NCBI GenBank assembly: GCA_044372565.1
Contig: JBILRP010000002.1
Coordinates: forward strand, 17,396 to 81,395
Reading direction: 5' to 3'
Length of the DNA stretch: 64,000 nt
Source: Bacilli bacterium
Lineage (GTDB): Bacteria; Bacillota_I; Bacilli_A; RFN20; CAG-826
How positions within the stretch are numbered: the first letter of the stretch is position 1; each line of letters opens with the position of its first letter. Below are positions 36,357 through 45,010 of the stretch, in pieces. The notes under the pieces were generated by a model. The model was not told where the DNA came from. It saw nothing but the letters and a program-made list of their open reading frames with translations, and ran no database searches. A program made the position numbers and the translations under genes.

Positions 36357-37130
36357 ATGGGAAAAGTCATCGCCATCGCCAATCAAAAAGGCGGTGTAGG
36401 AAAAACAACAACAGCCATCTCGCTTGCCAGTGCCCTGGCACAGCTTGGTCACAAAGTTTTACTCGTGGATCTTGATCCCCAAGGAAACTCAAGTCGAGGG
36501 GTGGGGATTGAAGTCGCCACGCTCAAAGAAAGTATTTATGATGTCTTGGCACATTCAACATCGATTCAAGAAGCTATTATTTATACGGCGATGAAATCGT
36601 TATCGGTTTTACCAGCATCCTTACAATTAGCAACCGTAGAAAGTGCCATTACCTCGCAATCGTTAGATCAACCTTATGAGGTCTTAAAAACCGCCCTCAC
36701 CAAGATTAAAGATCAATATGAATACATGATTCTTGATTGTCCCCCATCGCTTGGATGGTTATCGGTCTCTGCGCTGGTAGCGTGTGACAGTGTCATCATC
36801 CCAGTCCAATGTGAATATTTTGCGATGGAAGCGGTTGCCCAAATACTAGCAACCATTCAACAAGTTCAAAGAGATTATCATCCTGGGTTAAAAATTGAAG
36901 GATTCTTATTAACCATGTATGACCCAAGAACTCGGTTAGCCACTGAGATTTCTACAGAAGTTAGAGGCTTGTTCAAAGAAAATACATTCTATACACAAAT
37001 TCCTCGCAATGTGTCTTTGGCAGAAGCAAGCGCAAAAGGCATGCCGATTCATTTGTATCGACCGACATCAAGTGGAGCAGAAGCTTATTCAGCTCTTGCC
37101 AAGGAGGTCATCGATCATGGCAGATCGTAA
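36357..37130 (+). CDS. soj: chromosome partitioning ATPase ParA/Soj
   Basis: Deviant Walker [19 protein letters not shown] and ILDCPPSLG are also present. Confidence 0.92.
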   Translation: MGKVIAIANQKGGVGKTTTAISLASALAQLGHKVLLVDLDPQGNSSRGVGIEVATLKESIYDVLAHSTSIQEAIIYTAMKSLSVLPASLQLATVESAITSQSLDQPYEVLKTALTKIKDQYEYMILDCPPSLGWLSVSALVACDSVIIPVQCEYFAMEAVAQILATIQQVQRDYHPGLKIEGFLLTMYDPRTRLATEISTEVRGLFKENTFYTQIPRNVSLAEASAKGMPIHLYRPTSSGAEAYSALAKEVIDHGRS

Positions 37131-37953
37131 ACCAATTATTAGTCAACGCTTATCAAGTTTAATTGATAAATATAGTTCAAGAGACATCGTTCAAAAACTT
37201 GAACAACAATTTAAATCACTTGCCAAAAGAGACCTCAATCCCTTGATGATTGATGATATTCCCGTGTTAAAAGAAGTGACGATTCGTAGTGATCAATTAC
37301 GAGATTTATTAGAGACCTTAACCGATAAACCAATCCTAAGTCCGTTGGTGGTTCGCCAAGTCAATGGTCGATATCAAATTGTCTTAGGAAGAAAAATTTG
37401 GTATGCGACAAAATTATTAAAGTTCCAAAAAGTTCCTGTGGTTATCACCACGATGTCGGATGAAGAAATGTTGTTGGTTTTGTTAGCGTCTTTAAGAGAA
37501 GAAGCGATTCAAAATGTCATGGCCATTGCTCTTGTCTGTGAAGCTTTGATTGAGGGTTATCAATACCGGCAAGTGGCGTTGGCAAAAATCATGCATTACT
37601 CACGATCACAAGTGTCAAATATTCTTCGATTATTAAAGTTGCCTGTGTTTACAAGAAAACTGATCAACGCGCAAACCATCACGTATGGACATGCGAAAAT
37701 CTTAGTTAGTTTAGATCCAGAATTAATTGATACGTTGGTGATGAAATTAATCAAAGAAAAATTATCCGTTAGAGAGTTTGAAGCATTGGTTAAACAGCAT
37801 AAACCCCAAGTCGTCAATCCACTCAATGAACAAAAAATTAAACAATTATTTGGTGGCCAAGTCACCACAACAAAAAAAAGTATTAAGTTTAGTTTTGATC
37901 AATCAGAGGACTTGATTCAATTTGTTGATGCACTGATTCATGGAAAAAAATAA
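37117..37953 (+). CDS. parB: ParB/Spo0J-like partition protein with a divergent N-terminal domain
   Basis: RBS AAGGAGGT at 37101-37108 precedes ATG 37117. The HTH region [22 protein letters not shown] is conserved. The GERRxR position reads LGRKIWYA and the ENLQR position reads ASLREE. Confidence 0.75.
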   Translation: MADRKPIISQRLSSLIDKYSSRDIVQKLEQQFKSLAKRDLNPLMIDDIPVLKEVTIRSDQLRDLLETLTDKPILSPLVVRQVNGRYQIVLGRKIWYATKLLKFQKVPVVITTMSDEEMLLVLLASLREEAIQNVMAIALVCEALIEGYQYRQVALAKIMHYSRSQVSNILRLLKLPVFTRKLINAQTITYGHAKILVSLDPELIDTLVMKLIKEKLSVREFEALVKQHKPQVVNPLNEQKIKQLFGGQVTTTKKSIKFSFDQSEDLIQFVDALIHGKK

Positions 37954-38551
37954 TAACCTCTCGACGAGACGTTTGCGATGGCTGACGTTGGTAGCGATGA
38001 TGTCTGCCCTGACCTATATCCTTTATTTACCTGTATTTCGTCTTCCGATTATTTTGTTTTTAGAACTTAATTTATCCGAAATCGTTATCTTTATTGGTGG
38101 GTTTTCTCTTGGACCCTTAGCGGCAATCTTTATTGGTTTGTTTCGATTTTTATTTTCACTTTTTTACACCTCCACGGGTGGCATTGGTGAGCTCGCTGAT
38201 TTTTTCTATTCGATGGCTTTTGTGTTACCAGGCGTCATCCTTTATCAACGGAGTCGTGATAAAAAAACTGCCTCCATTGGATTTATCATCGGGTTTATCA
38301 GTCAGTTAACCGTTACCTCGTTACTCAATGCCTTGGTCATCACGGATTTATATCTGACCTTGTTTTTAAACTTAACCCCAGAAGCATTTTTGGGTTACAT
38401 TCAAACCGTCCTACCGCAAGTGGAAAACCCTTATTGGTCTTTGGTACTTTGGATGTATTTGCCTTTTAATGTTTTTAAAAATCTGGTGATTATTGCGTTA
38501 ACACTGTTCACCTATAAGCGAACGCATCGATTGATTAAAAAATTTAAGTAA
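37940..38551 (+). CDS. ECF transporter S component (RibU-like substrate-capture subunit)
   Basis: 203 aa with about 6 TM helices. The C-terminal LPFNVFKNLVIIALTLFTYKR is typical of ECF-S/RibU proteins. The ecfAA'T module is present at 1345-3823. Confidence 0.6.
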   Translation: MEKNNNLSTRRLRWLTLVAMMSALTYILYLPVFRLPIILFLELNLSEIVIFIGGFSLGPLAAIFIGLFRFLFSLFYTSTGGIGELADFFYSMAFVLPGVILYQRSRDKKTASIGFIIGFISQLTVTSLLNALVITDLYLTLFLNLTPEAFLGYIQTVLPQVENPYWSLVLWMYLPFNVFKNLVIIALTLFTYKRTHRLIKKFK

Positions 38552-38552
38552 G

Positions 38553-38750
38553 TTATTTAACTTCAATGGCGGCCGTTGGGCAACTAATTTTTGCTTCTTC
38601 AACCTCGGCTTCTTTACCGGAAGGAACAAGCGGAACAATCGCTTTCATTTTTCCATCATCATCCCAATCAAACACAGAAGGAACCATGGCGTTACATAAG
38701 CCACATGCGATGCAAAGATCTTTAATGATTAATGGTTTTTTTGGGTCCAT
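38553..38750 (-). CDS. fer: small ferredoxin (single-cluster type)
   Basis: 65 aa with CIACGLCN...CPTAAIEV cysteine motifs. Confidence 0.8.
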   Translation of the reverse strand: MDPKKPLIIKDLCIACGLCNAMVPSVFDWDDDGKMKAIVPLVPSGKEAEVEEAKISCPTAAIEVK

Positions 38751-38808
38751 GAACCTATTATAATGAAGAAGTTAAGGATAAACTACTGTAAACAACCAAC
38801 CAACATTT

Positions 38809-39033
38809 ATGTGGAACAATCAAAAACCAACTCGAATAAAAAAATTTGCTAGGTATCGCCAAGCCATTTTAAGAATGAATCCTGAGCGATTAACCAATAA
38901 ACAAGTCTTTCTTGCTGAAGATAGCAACGAAAACTCATCTTTTAAGCCGATTCAAATCTTCATGTGGTTGTTAGGCGCAGGGGTCATCATTTTACTCATC
39001 TTGGTGGTTGCTTTGGTATACTTTGAAAGATGA
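38809..39033 (+). CDS. small hypothetical protein with a C-terminal TM helix
   Basis: 74 aa with a basic N-terminus and the hydrophobic stretch IFMWLLGAGVIILLILVVALVYF. ATGA overlap with the cmk start suggests translation. Confidence 0.45.
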   Translation: MWNNQKPTRIKKFARYRQAILRMNPERLTNKQVFLAEDSNENSSFKPIQIFMWLLGAGVIILLILVVALVYFER

Positions 39034-39707
39034 AAAACAAATTGATCATTGCGATTGATGGACCTGCCGCTGCAGGAAAGTCAACCGTAGCGAAATTAGT
39101 CGCTAAGCAACTCAATATTACTTATATCGATACCGGGGCGATGTATCGTGCTTTCACCCTCTATGTCATGCGCCAAGGCGTTGATCCGCAAAACCAAGCT
39201 GCTGCGGAAGCCTTTATTGCTAAGGTCAAGATTACCTTATCACCCACCGGTGAAGTATTTTTAAACGGAGAAAATGTCGCATTAGAAATTCGTGAACCTA
39301 AGGTATCAAGTCAAGTCTCTTACATCGCTTCTTATAAATCCATTCGTTTAGCCCTTGTTGATTTTCAACGCCACATGGCTGGGAATCAATCGGTGGTGAT
39401 GGATGGTCGTGATATCGGAACCTATGTTCTTCCGGAAGCCAATATTAAAATTTTCCAAATTGCTTCCGTGGAAACAAGAGCGGTTAGACGATATGAAGAA
39501 AACTTAGCCAAAGGCATCATGTGCACACTGGATAGTGTGGAAGAAGATTTACGTCATCGAGACTATATTGATTCCCATCGTGAATTTGCTCCATTAAAGC
39601 CTGCTTCGGATTCGATTTTGATTGATACCTCCTTCATGACTGTCAATGAAGTGGTTGAACGGATTTTAGACATCGTTCACAAAAAAGTAGGCGTTGCCCA
39701 TGGTTAA
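39030..39707 (+). CDS. cmk: cytidylate kinase
   Basis: IAIDGPAAAGKSTVAK P-loop and YIDTGAMYR. Confidence 0.92.
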   Translation: MKNKLIIAIDGPAAAGKSTVAKLVAKQLNITYIDTGAMYRAFTLYVMRQGVDPQNQAAAEAFIAKVKITLSPTGEVFLNGENVALEIREPKVSSQVSYIASYKSIRLALVDFQRHMAGNQSVVMDGRDIGTYVLPEANIKIFQIASVETRAVRRYEENLAKGIMCTLDSVEEDLRHRDYIDSHREFAPLKPASDSILIDTSFMTVNEVVERILDIVHKKVGVAHG

Positions 39708-41010
39708 GGGTATTGTCGCCATCGTTGGGGCACCCAACGTTGGTAAATCCACACTTTTTAATCGTATTATTGGTAAACGCCAAGCCATCACGGATGACAC
39801 CCCTGGATTGACCCGGGATCGAATTTATGCGGAAGCAGAATGGTTAACCGTTTCCTTTCGCCTGATTGATACTGGTGGTATTGAAGTCACCAAACGACCT
39901 TTCCAAGAACTGATTCGGATTCAGGCAAGCATTGCCATTCAAGAAGCGGACGTTATTATTTATCTTCTTGATGGCCGAAAAGGAATCAATGCCGATGATT
40001 TGCTCGTCGCTTCCATTTTATTTAAATCAGGAAAGTCAATCATCTTGGCAGTGAATAAAATTGATGATGGTCAACTGATGGTCGACATCAATGATTATTA
40101 TCGATTGGGGATTGGTTCGCCGATTCCGATTTCAACCCTTCACGGGATTGGGGTTGGTGATTTGTTAGATGCGGTGATTAAACAATTACCTAAAGATAAA
40201 GAAATTCCTAGCTATGATGGCCATCTGAAATTCGCGGTGGTCGGTCGACCCAATGTTGGTAAATCAAGTTTAGTGAATGCCATTCTCCAACAAGACCGCG
40301 TGATTGTTTCTCCTATCGAAGGAACCACTCGTGATGCCATCGATACAACCTTTCAATTTGAAGGTACTGATTATGTCATGATTGATACCGCTGGGTTAAA
40401 AAAACGTGGGGCCATTTTTGAATCGATTGATAAGTATGCTGCGATTCGCTCCTTAAGGGCAATTGAACGGGCTCAAGTGGTCGTGGTCACCATCAATGCC
40501 GAAGATGGTTTACTTGAACAAGATAAGCACATCGTCGGATTTGCTTTTCAAGCGTTTAAAGGCATGGTCCTGGTGGTTAACAAATGGGATCTAGCGAAAA
40601 AAGGCGATCGCGATATGCATCAGTACACCATCAAACTTAGAATGCTTATGCCATTTTTAGAATTTGTTCCTATTCTTTATACTTCTGCGTTAAAGAAAAC
40701 GCGATTAGATGCTGTCATCAAAACCGTCAAACAAGTCTATGAAGCGACCCAACGTCGAGTCCCAACTGCTCGCTTAAACGAATTGCTTGTAGACGCTCAA
40801 TTAATGAATCAAACCCCAGAATTTAATGGTGGTCGATTAAGAATTTATTATGGTGAACAAGTTAGTCAAAACCCACCAACCTTCATTATGTTTTGTAATA
40901 AACCAACCTTTATGCATTTTTCTTATCAACGCTTTTTGGAAAACCGGCTTCGAGAAAGTTTTGACTTTACCGGGACACCGATTAAAATCATCAATAGGGA
41001 AAGAAAATGA
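39700..41010 (+). CDS. der: ribosome biogenesis GTPase Der (EngA)
   Basis: Two GTPase domains (GAPNVGKST and GRPNVGKSS, each with DTAG/DTGG and NKxD). The track start at 39694 is TTG, so ATG 39700 is preferred. Confidence 0.92.
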   Translation: MVKGIVAIVGAPNVGKSTLFNRIIGKRQAITDDTPGLTRDRIYAEAEWLTVSFRLIDTGGIEVTKRPFQELIRIQASIAIQEADVIIYLLDGRKGINADDLLVASILFKSGKSIILAVNKIDDGQLMVDINDYYRLGIGSPIPISTLHGIGVGDLLDAVIKQLPKDKEIPSYDGHLKFAVVGRPNVGKSSLVNAILQQDRVIVSPIEGTTRDAIDTTFQFEGTDYVMIDTAGLKKRGAIFESIDKYAAIRSLRAIERAQVVVVTINAEDGLLEQDKHIVGFAFQAFKGMVLVVNKWDLAKKGDRDMHQYTIKLRMLMPFLEFVPILYTSALKKTRLDAVIKTVKQVYEATQRRVPTARLNELLVDAQLMNQTPEFNGGRLRIYYGEQVSQNPPTFIMFCNKPTFMHFSYQRFLENRLRESFDFTGTPIKIINRERK

Positions 41011-42011
41011 AAACTAAAATTACCATCCTTGGTGCTGGGTCTTGGGGAACCGCTCTTGCCCTTGTTCTTGCCGATAATGGCAACCAAGTGACAATCTATT
41101 CAAAAAATTCAAAGGTCTGTGATGAAATCAATCAGAAGCACACCAATTCAAATTATTTTGACGAAGTATTTTTATTACCAACTTCAATCGTTGCTACTTG
41201 CGACCTATCACAAGCCATCCAGGAGAATCAAATTATTCTCTTATCCGTTCCTTCATCTTCCGTCAGATCCTTGGTTAGTTCTATCATCCCATTGTTAAAA
41301 ACAAAAACACTGTTCATCAATACAGCTAAAGGATTTGATCCTACAACCAATGTTCGTTTATCGGAAACCATTCGGCGTTTGGTTCCCAAAAAATTTCTTC
41401 TTGGTGTGGTTAGTTTGATTGGTCCTTCTCATGCAGAAGAAGTCATTAATCGCCAATTAACGTTGGTCTCTGCGGTGAGCAAGTATGTGCCATTGGCAGA
41501 ACAAATTTCTCAACTTTTCGCCAATGAATACTTTCGAGTCTACATTCAAAAAGATGAGATTGGTTCTGAAGTAGGATCAGCCTTAAAAAATGTCATTGCC
41601 ATTGCCAGTGGCGTTGTTACTGGTTTAAAACTTGGTGATAATGCTCGAGCAGCGTTGGTGACAAGAGGCTTAACCGAATTGATGCAATTAGGTAAAGTCT
41701 TAGGTGGAAACTTAAAAACCCTTGCAGGACTAACTGGGTTAGGCGACTTAATTGTCACCTGTTATTCTAAACATTCTCGTAACTATCAAGCTGGCATCAA
41801 AATCGGAAAAGACAATAGTGCAGAACCCTTTCTTTCTACCAATAAAAAGACCGTTGAAGGGGTTGCTTTTGCTAAAATCGCTCATCAACTTGCAAAAAAA
41901 TTCCGATTAAAATTACCAATCATAGAAGCGGTTTATGCCGTTTTATACGACAAAAAAACACCTTCAGAGTTGGTTAAAAACTTAATGAATCGTCCTTTGA
42001 AAGTTGAATAA
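41007..42011 (+). CDS. gpsA: NAD(P)H-dependent glycerol-3-phosphate dehydrogenase
   Basis: ILGAGSWGTALA Rossmann motif, plus GLKLGDNARAALVTRGL and GLGDLIVTC. Confidence 0.92.
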   Translation: MKTKITILGAGSWGTALALVLADNGNQVTIYSKNSKVCDEINQKHTNSNYFDEVFLLPTSIVATCDLSQAIQENQIILLSVPSSSVRSLVSSIIPLLKTKTLFINTAKGFDPTTNVRLSETIRRLVPKKFLLGVVSLIGPSHAEEVINRQLTLVSAVSKYVPLAEQISQLFANEYFRVYIQKDEIGSEVGSALKNVIAIASGVVTGLKLGDNARAALVTRGLTELMQLGKVLGGNLKTLAGLTGLGDLIVTCYSKHSRNYQAGIKIGKDNSAEPFLSTNKKTVEGVAFAKIAHQLAKKFRLKLPIIEAVYAVLYDKKTPSELVKNLMNRPLKVE

Positions 42012-42068
42012 AGAACCTAATCTTGTTATTTGTCAAGGTTTTTTAGAATCGAGGGTGTTGAAATATAG

Positions 42069-42097
42069 TTGCATTATTTCCGTGCCTATGCTAATTT
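42069..42097 (+). promoter_or_regulatory. candidate hup promoter (TTGCAT-17 nt-TGcTAATTT)
   Basis: TTGCAT at 42069-42074, a 17-nt spacer with TG at 42089-90, and TAATTT at 42092-42097. Confidence 0.4.
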
Positions 42098-42124
42098 AAT
42101 GACAGAAAGGTCTAGGAGGAAAAT

Positions 42125-42397
42125 ATGAACAAAGTAGATCTAGTCGAAGTCGTCGCCAAGGAAACAGGACACAGTAAGAAAGATTCTGAAAAAGTCCTCG
42201 AAGTCGTCTTAGGTGCTTTAACCAAAGCCTTAAGCAAAGGCCAACCAGTGAAGTTAGCTGGATTCGGTGCATTCACCGTCCGCAATCGTAAGGCTCGTAT
42301 TGGTGTTAAGCCAGGAACAACTGAAAAAATCAAAATTCCTGCAACCAAAGTCGTTGGTTTCAAAGCCAGCAAGAACCTAAAAGAAAAAGTTCGCTAG
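42125..42397 (+). CDS. hup: DNA-binding protein HU
   Basis: MNKVDLVEVVAKETG...GFGAFTVRNRKARIGVKPGT matches the HU signature. RBS AGGAGGA. Confidence 0.95.
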   Translation: MNKVDLVEVVAKETGHSKKDSEKVLEVVLGALTKALSKGQPVKLAGFGAFTVRNRKARIGVKPGTTEKIKIPATKVVGFKASKNLKEKVR

Positions 42398-42417
42398 ACT
42401 TCAGTTAGCAAACTTCA

Positions 42418-42451
42418 GGGGTAGATGTCACAAGCATCTATCCCTTTTTTA
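42418..42451 (+). terminator. Rho-independent terminator after hup
   Basis: GGGGTAGATG-tcacaag-CATCTATCCC stem with one bulge, followed by TTTTTT. Confidence 0.7.
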
Positions 42452-42481
42452 TTTGGAATTAGATTTTGTTATGATATTAAC

Positions 42482-43144
42482 ATGCGATTAAAACCATTCA
42501 TTGATTTAACTACAGTCTTTCAAACTCATGGATTTCGTTTATGGTTGATTGGTGGAAGCACCAGAGATTATTTACTCAACCGACCCGTGCTTGATTTTGA
42601 TTTAACCACGGATGCACTGCCAACCCAAATGCAAACCTTTCTTCCTAATGCCAATTTCCGATTTGCGCATTACGGAACCGTGCAAATGAAACAAGATCAG
42701 TATTCCATTGATATCACTACCTTGAGACAAGAATCGTTATATCAAGATAAGCGCCATCCTCAATCCATTTCTTTTGTCAAAGAACCGAAGCTGGATTATT
42801 CAAGACGTGATTTAACCATCAATGCGATTTATATGGATGCCACGTCCAACATTCTAGATTTTGCCCACGGACAAGAAGACTTAAGTCAAAAAATACTACG
42901 GATGATTGGTGATCCTTATCTTCGTATTCAAGAAGATCCGTTAAGAATCTTGCGCGTGATTCGGTTTCAGCACGCTTTAGGGTTTACTTTAGAATCAACC
43001 TTAGCAAAAGCATTGCAACAAAGTTTACCTTTGCTTGATTACTTAAATCCGCAAAAAGTAAAACAAGAAATCCAGAAAATGTTAGCGCATCAACCCTATG
43101 AAGCTAAATTACTCTTAGCCTCATATGGGATTCAAACAGATTAA
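42482..43144 (+). CDS. short (220 aa) class II tRNA nucleotidyltransferase/poly(A) polymerase family protein; head and neck only
   Basis: GGSTRDYLL, DFDLTT, RRDLTINAIY and EDPLRILRVIRF motifs. ATG 42482 lies after the hup terminator. The track start at 42425 lies inside that terminator. Confidence 0.75.
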   Translation: MRLKPFIDLTTVFQTHGFRLWLIGGSTRDYLLNRPVLDFDLTTDALPTQMQTFLPNANFRFAHYGTVQMKQDQYSIDITTLRQESLYQDKRHPQSISFVKEPKLDYSRRDLTINAIYMDATSNILDFAHGQEDLSQKILRMIGDPYLRIQEDPLRILRVIRFQHALGFTLESTLAKALQQSLPLLDYLNPQKVKQEIQKMLAHQPYEAKLLLASYGIQTD

Positions 43145-43152
43145 AGCATCTT

Positions 43153-43161
43153 TGCTATAAT
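43153..43161 (+). promoter_or_regulatory. extended -10 element TGcTATAAT immediately upstream of dnaD
   Basis: TG at 43153-54 and TATAAT at 43156-43161, ending 9 nt before ATG 43171. No SD sequence lies between them. Confidence 0.45.
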
Positions 43162-43170
43162 GTCTTCAAT

Positions 43171-43818
43171 ATGGATACGATGTTTGAAGCAATCGATTTA
43201 AAATATTTATTATTAGAGCATTACAAGACATTGGGTTTTCAAGAAAAACACGTCATGGTTATTTTCATGATGGATCAACTCATGAAACAAGAAAATCATC
43301 TGGTGACTGCAGAACTATTAAGTTTAAAAATGGCCATGCCGATCGAAGAGATTGATAGCGTCATGGTGGAATTGCTTGACCGCCAACTTTTAGAGTTTTC
43401 CACTGTCGAAGGAAAAACCTCAACGTCACTTAAACCATTAAAGCAATTGCTCTATAAGCGATTCCAGCAACAAGTCCTCCATCAAACCCAGGTCGTCAAT
43501 GGCGATGATCAGGCGAGCATTTTTCAAAGCGTTGAAAAAGCGTTTGGTCGAACGCTATCGCCGTTAGAAATTTCTCGGATTCAAGATTGGCTCAATTTTG
43601 GTTATAGCCCGGCATTAATTCAAACGAGTTTACAAGATGCCATTACCAAGCAAAAGAAGTCGATTCGCCATATGGATAAATATTTACAAAAACATACCAC
43701 CAAAGAAAACTTTGCTCAGGAAGGGACATCTCCTGGTGGAACCCAATCTCAAGACGTCCAACGGACCATTCAACAAATCAACCAAAAAATAGATGATGGA
43801 TTTAAAGGTAAAAAATAG
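43171..43818 (+). CDS. dnaD: DnaD-domain replication initiation/primosome protein
   Basis: The C-terminal DnaD/DnaB_2 motif FGRTLSPLEISRIQDWLNFGYSPALIQTSLQDAI. Followed by nth, as in Bacillus. Confidence 0.75.
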   Translation: MDTMFEAIDLKYLLLEHYKTLGFQEKHVMVIFMMDQLMKQENHLVTAELLSLKMAMPIEEIDSVMVELLDRQLLEFSTVEGKTSTSLKPLKQLLYKRFQQQVLHQTQVVNGDDQASIFQSVEKAFGRTLSPLEISRIQDWLNFGYSPALIQTSLQDAITKQKKSIRHMDKYLQKHTTKENFAQEGTSPGGTQSQDVQRTIQQINQKIDDGFKGKK

Positions 43819-44437
43819 TATCCTAGCTTACCTCGATCAACAATATCCAAACGTTGGATGTGAGTTGTGGTATCGAAAGGACTATGAGTTATTGATTGCC
43901 GTGGTTTTATCCGCACAAACCACCGATCAGGCGGTGAATCAAGTCACCCCAGTTTTATTTCAACGTTTTCCGACATTGAAAACTTTAGCCAATGCCAAGC
44001 TCAAGGACATTGAAGCAGTGATTCAAACCATCGGGTTGTTTAGAACCAAAGCCAAGCATATTCACCAGCTTGCCAAAATCCTGATTGAACAGTATCAAGG
44101 ACGAGTCCCATCCGATAAAGCGGCATTGACCTCCTTACCAGGGGTTGGTAATAAAACCGCGAATGTTGTTCGCGCGGAAATTTTTAAGATTCCAGAAATT
44201 GCCGTCGATACGCATGTCCATCGTTTAGCTCGTCGACTTGGTTTTACTAAGAAACATGATGATGTCACCGTCACCGAAGCAAAGTTAAGAAGAGCCATTC
44301 CTGAATCACGCTACATTCAACTTCATCATCAATTTATTCATTTTGGTCGTTATGCCTGCAAAGCGAAAAAACCAATGTGCCAAAGTTGTGGTTTATTTGC
44401 CTACTGCAAAGAACCACATAAAAATTTAGAAGAATAG
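43793..44437 (+). CDS. nth: endonuclease III
   Basis: HhH-GPD motif LPGVGNKTANVV, catalytic DTHV, and the 4Fe-4S cluster motif C-x6-C-x2-C-x5-C at the C-terminus. Confidence 0.92.
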   Translation: MMDLKVKNSILAYLDQQYPNVGCELWYRKDYELLIAVVLSAQTTDQAVNQVTPVLFQRFPTLKTLANAKLKDIEAVIQTIGLFRTKAKHIHQLAKILIEQYQGRVPSDKAALTSLPGVGNKTANVVRAEIFKIPEIAVDTHVHRLARRLGFTKKHDDVTVTEAKLRRAIPESRYIQLHHQFIHFGRYACKAKKPMCQSCGLFAYCKEPHKNLEE

Positions 44438-45010
44438 CTCGTCGACTGCTTTCAGATAATCTAATCGTGGTTGAAATTGGATGTTGACACGCTTCCCTTT
44501 GGATTGAATCCAAACGTATGGTAAAGACTGACGTTTTTCTTTGTCTGTGAAAGTTAAGAAGTCTTTAGCGGATAAGACATACACTTCATCTCGCTTAGAA
44601 AATGAAATGAGCAAAAAGGCAATCCCACCTTGATGAACGATTTCTTTTAAATGCTCACGTTGATGAACGGTGATATTGGCAATGGCAAGCGCAGTGTTGG
44701 ATTGTGTGGACTTTGCTTCAAAATCCACATACTTTCCACGATAGATGCCGTTGTAATCGGTGGTTGATTGTTTTTCAAAATAAGCATGGGTGATTTTTGC
44801 CCCTTGTTGATAATCGACTTTCACCACATTGATGGGGGTTGGCCTTTTGGTGATGACCGCTCGTTGGGCTTGCAAATAAAATTGATTAGAAAGATTAATT
44901 TCATTTTCAAAGTTCATCCCGCGGTTTTTATACGAGTTAACCTTGAGGGTTTTGATGGGTTGGTTTTTAGCCGGTACCTTTTTTTTAATCCCTGCAGGAT
45001 AGCCGATCAT
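44426..45010 (-). CDS. recU: Holliday junction resolvase RecU
   Basis: YKNRGMNFENEINLSNQFY...AVITKRPTP and DFEAKST catalytic-region motifs typical of RecU. Confidence 0.9.
   Translation of the reverse strand: MIGYPAGIKKKVPAKNQPIKTLKVNSYKNRGMNFENEINLSNQFYLQAQRAVITKRPTPINVVKVDYQQGAKITHAYFEKQSTTDYNGIYRGKYVDFEAKSTQSNTALAIANITVHQREHLKEIVHQGGIAFLLISFSKRDEVYVLSAKDFLTFTDKEKRQSLPYVWIQSKGKRVNIQFQPRLDYLKAVDELFF

Noticed and set aside
33770-37953. Possible replication origin near mnmG-rsmG-parA-parB
   Set aside because: There is no dnaA or dnaN gene and no cluster of TTATCCACA-like boxes. I saw only isolated 7/9 matches, for example near 25585 and 29021. There is also no strand switch of gene orientation here.
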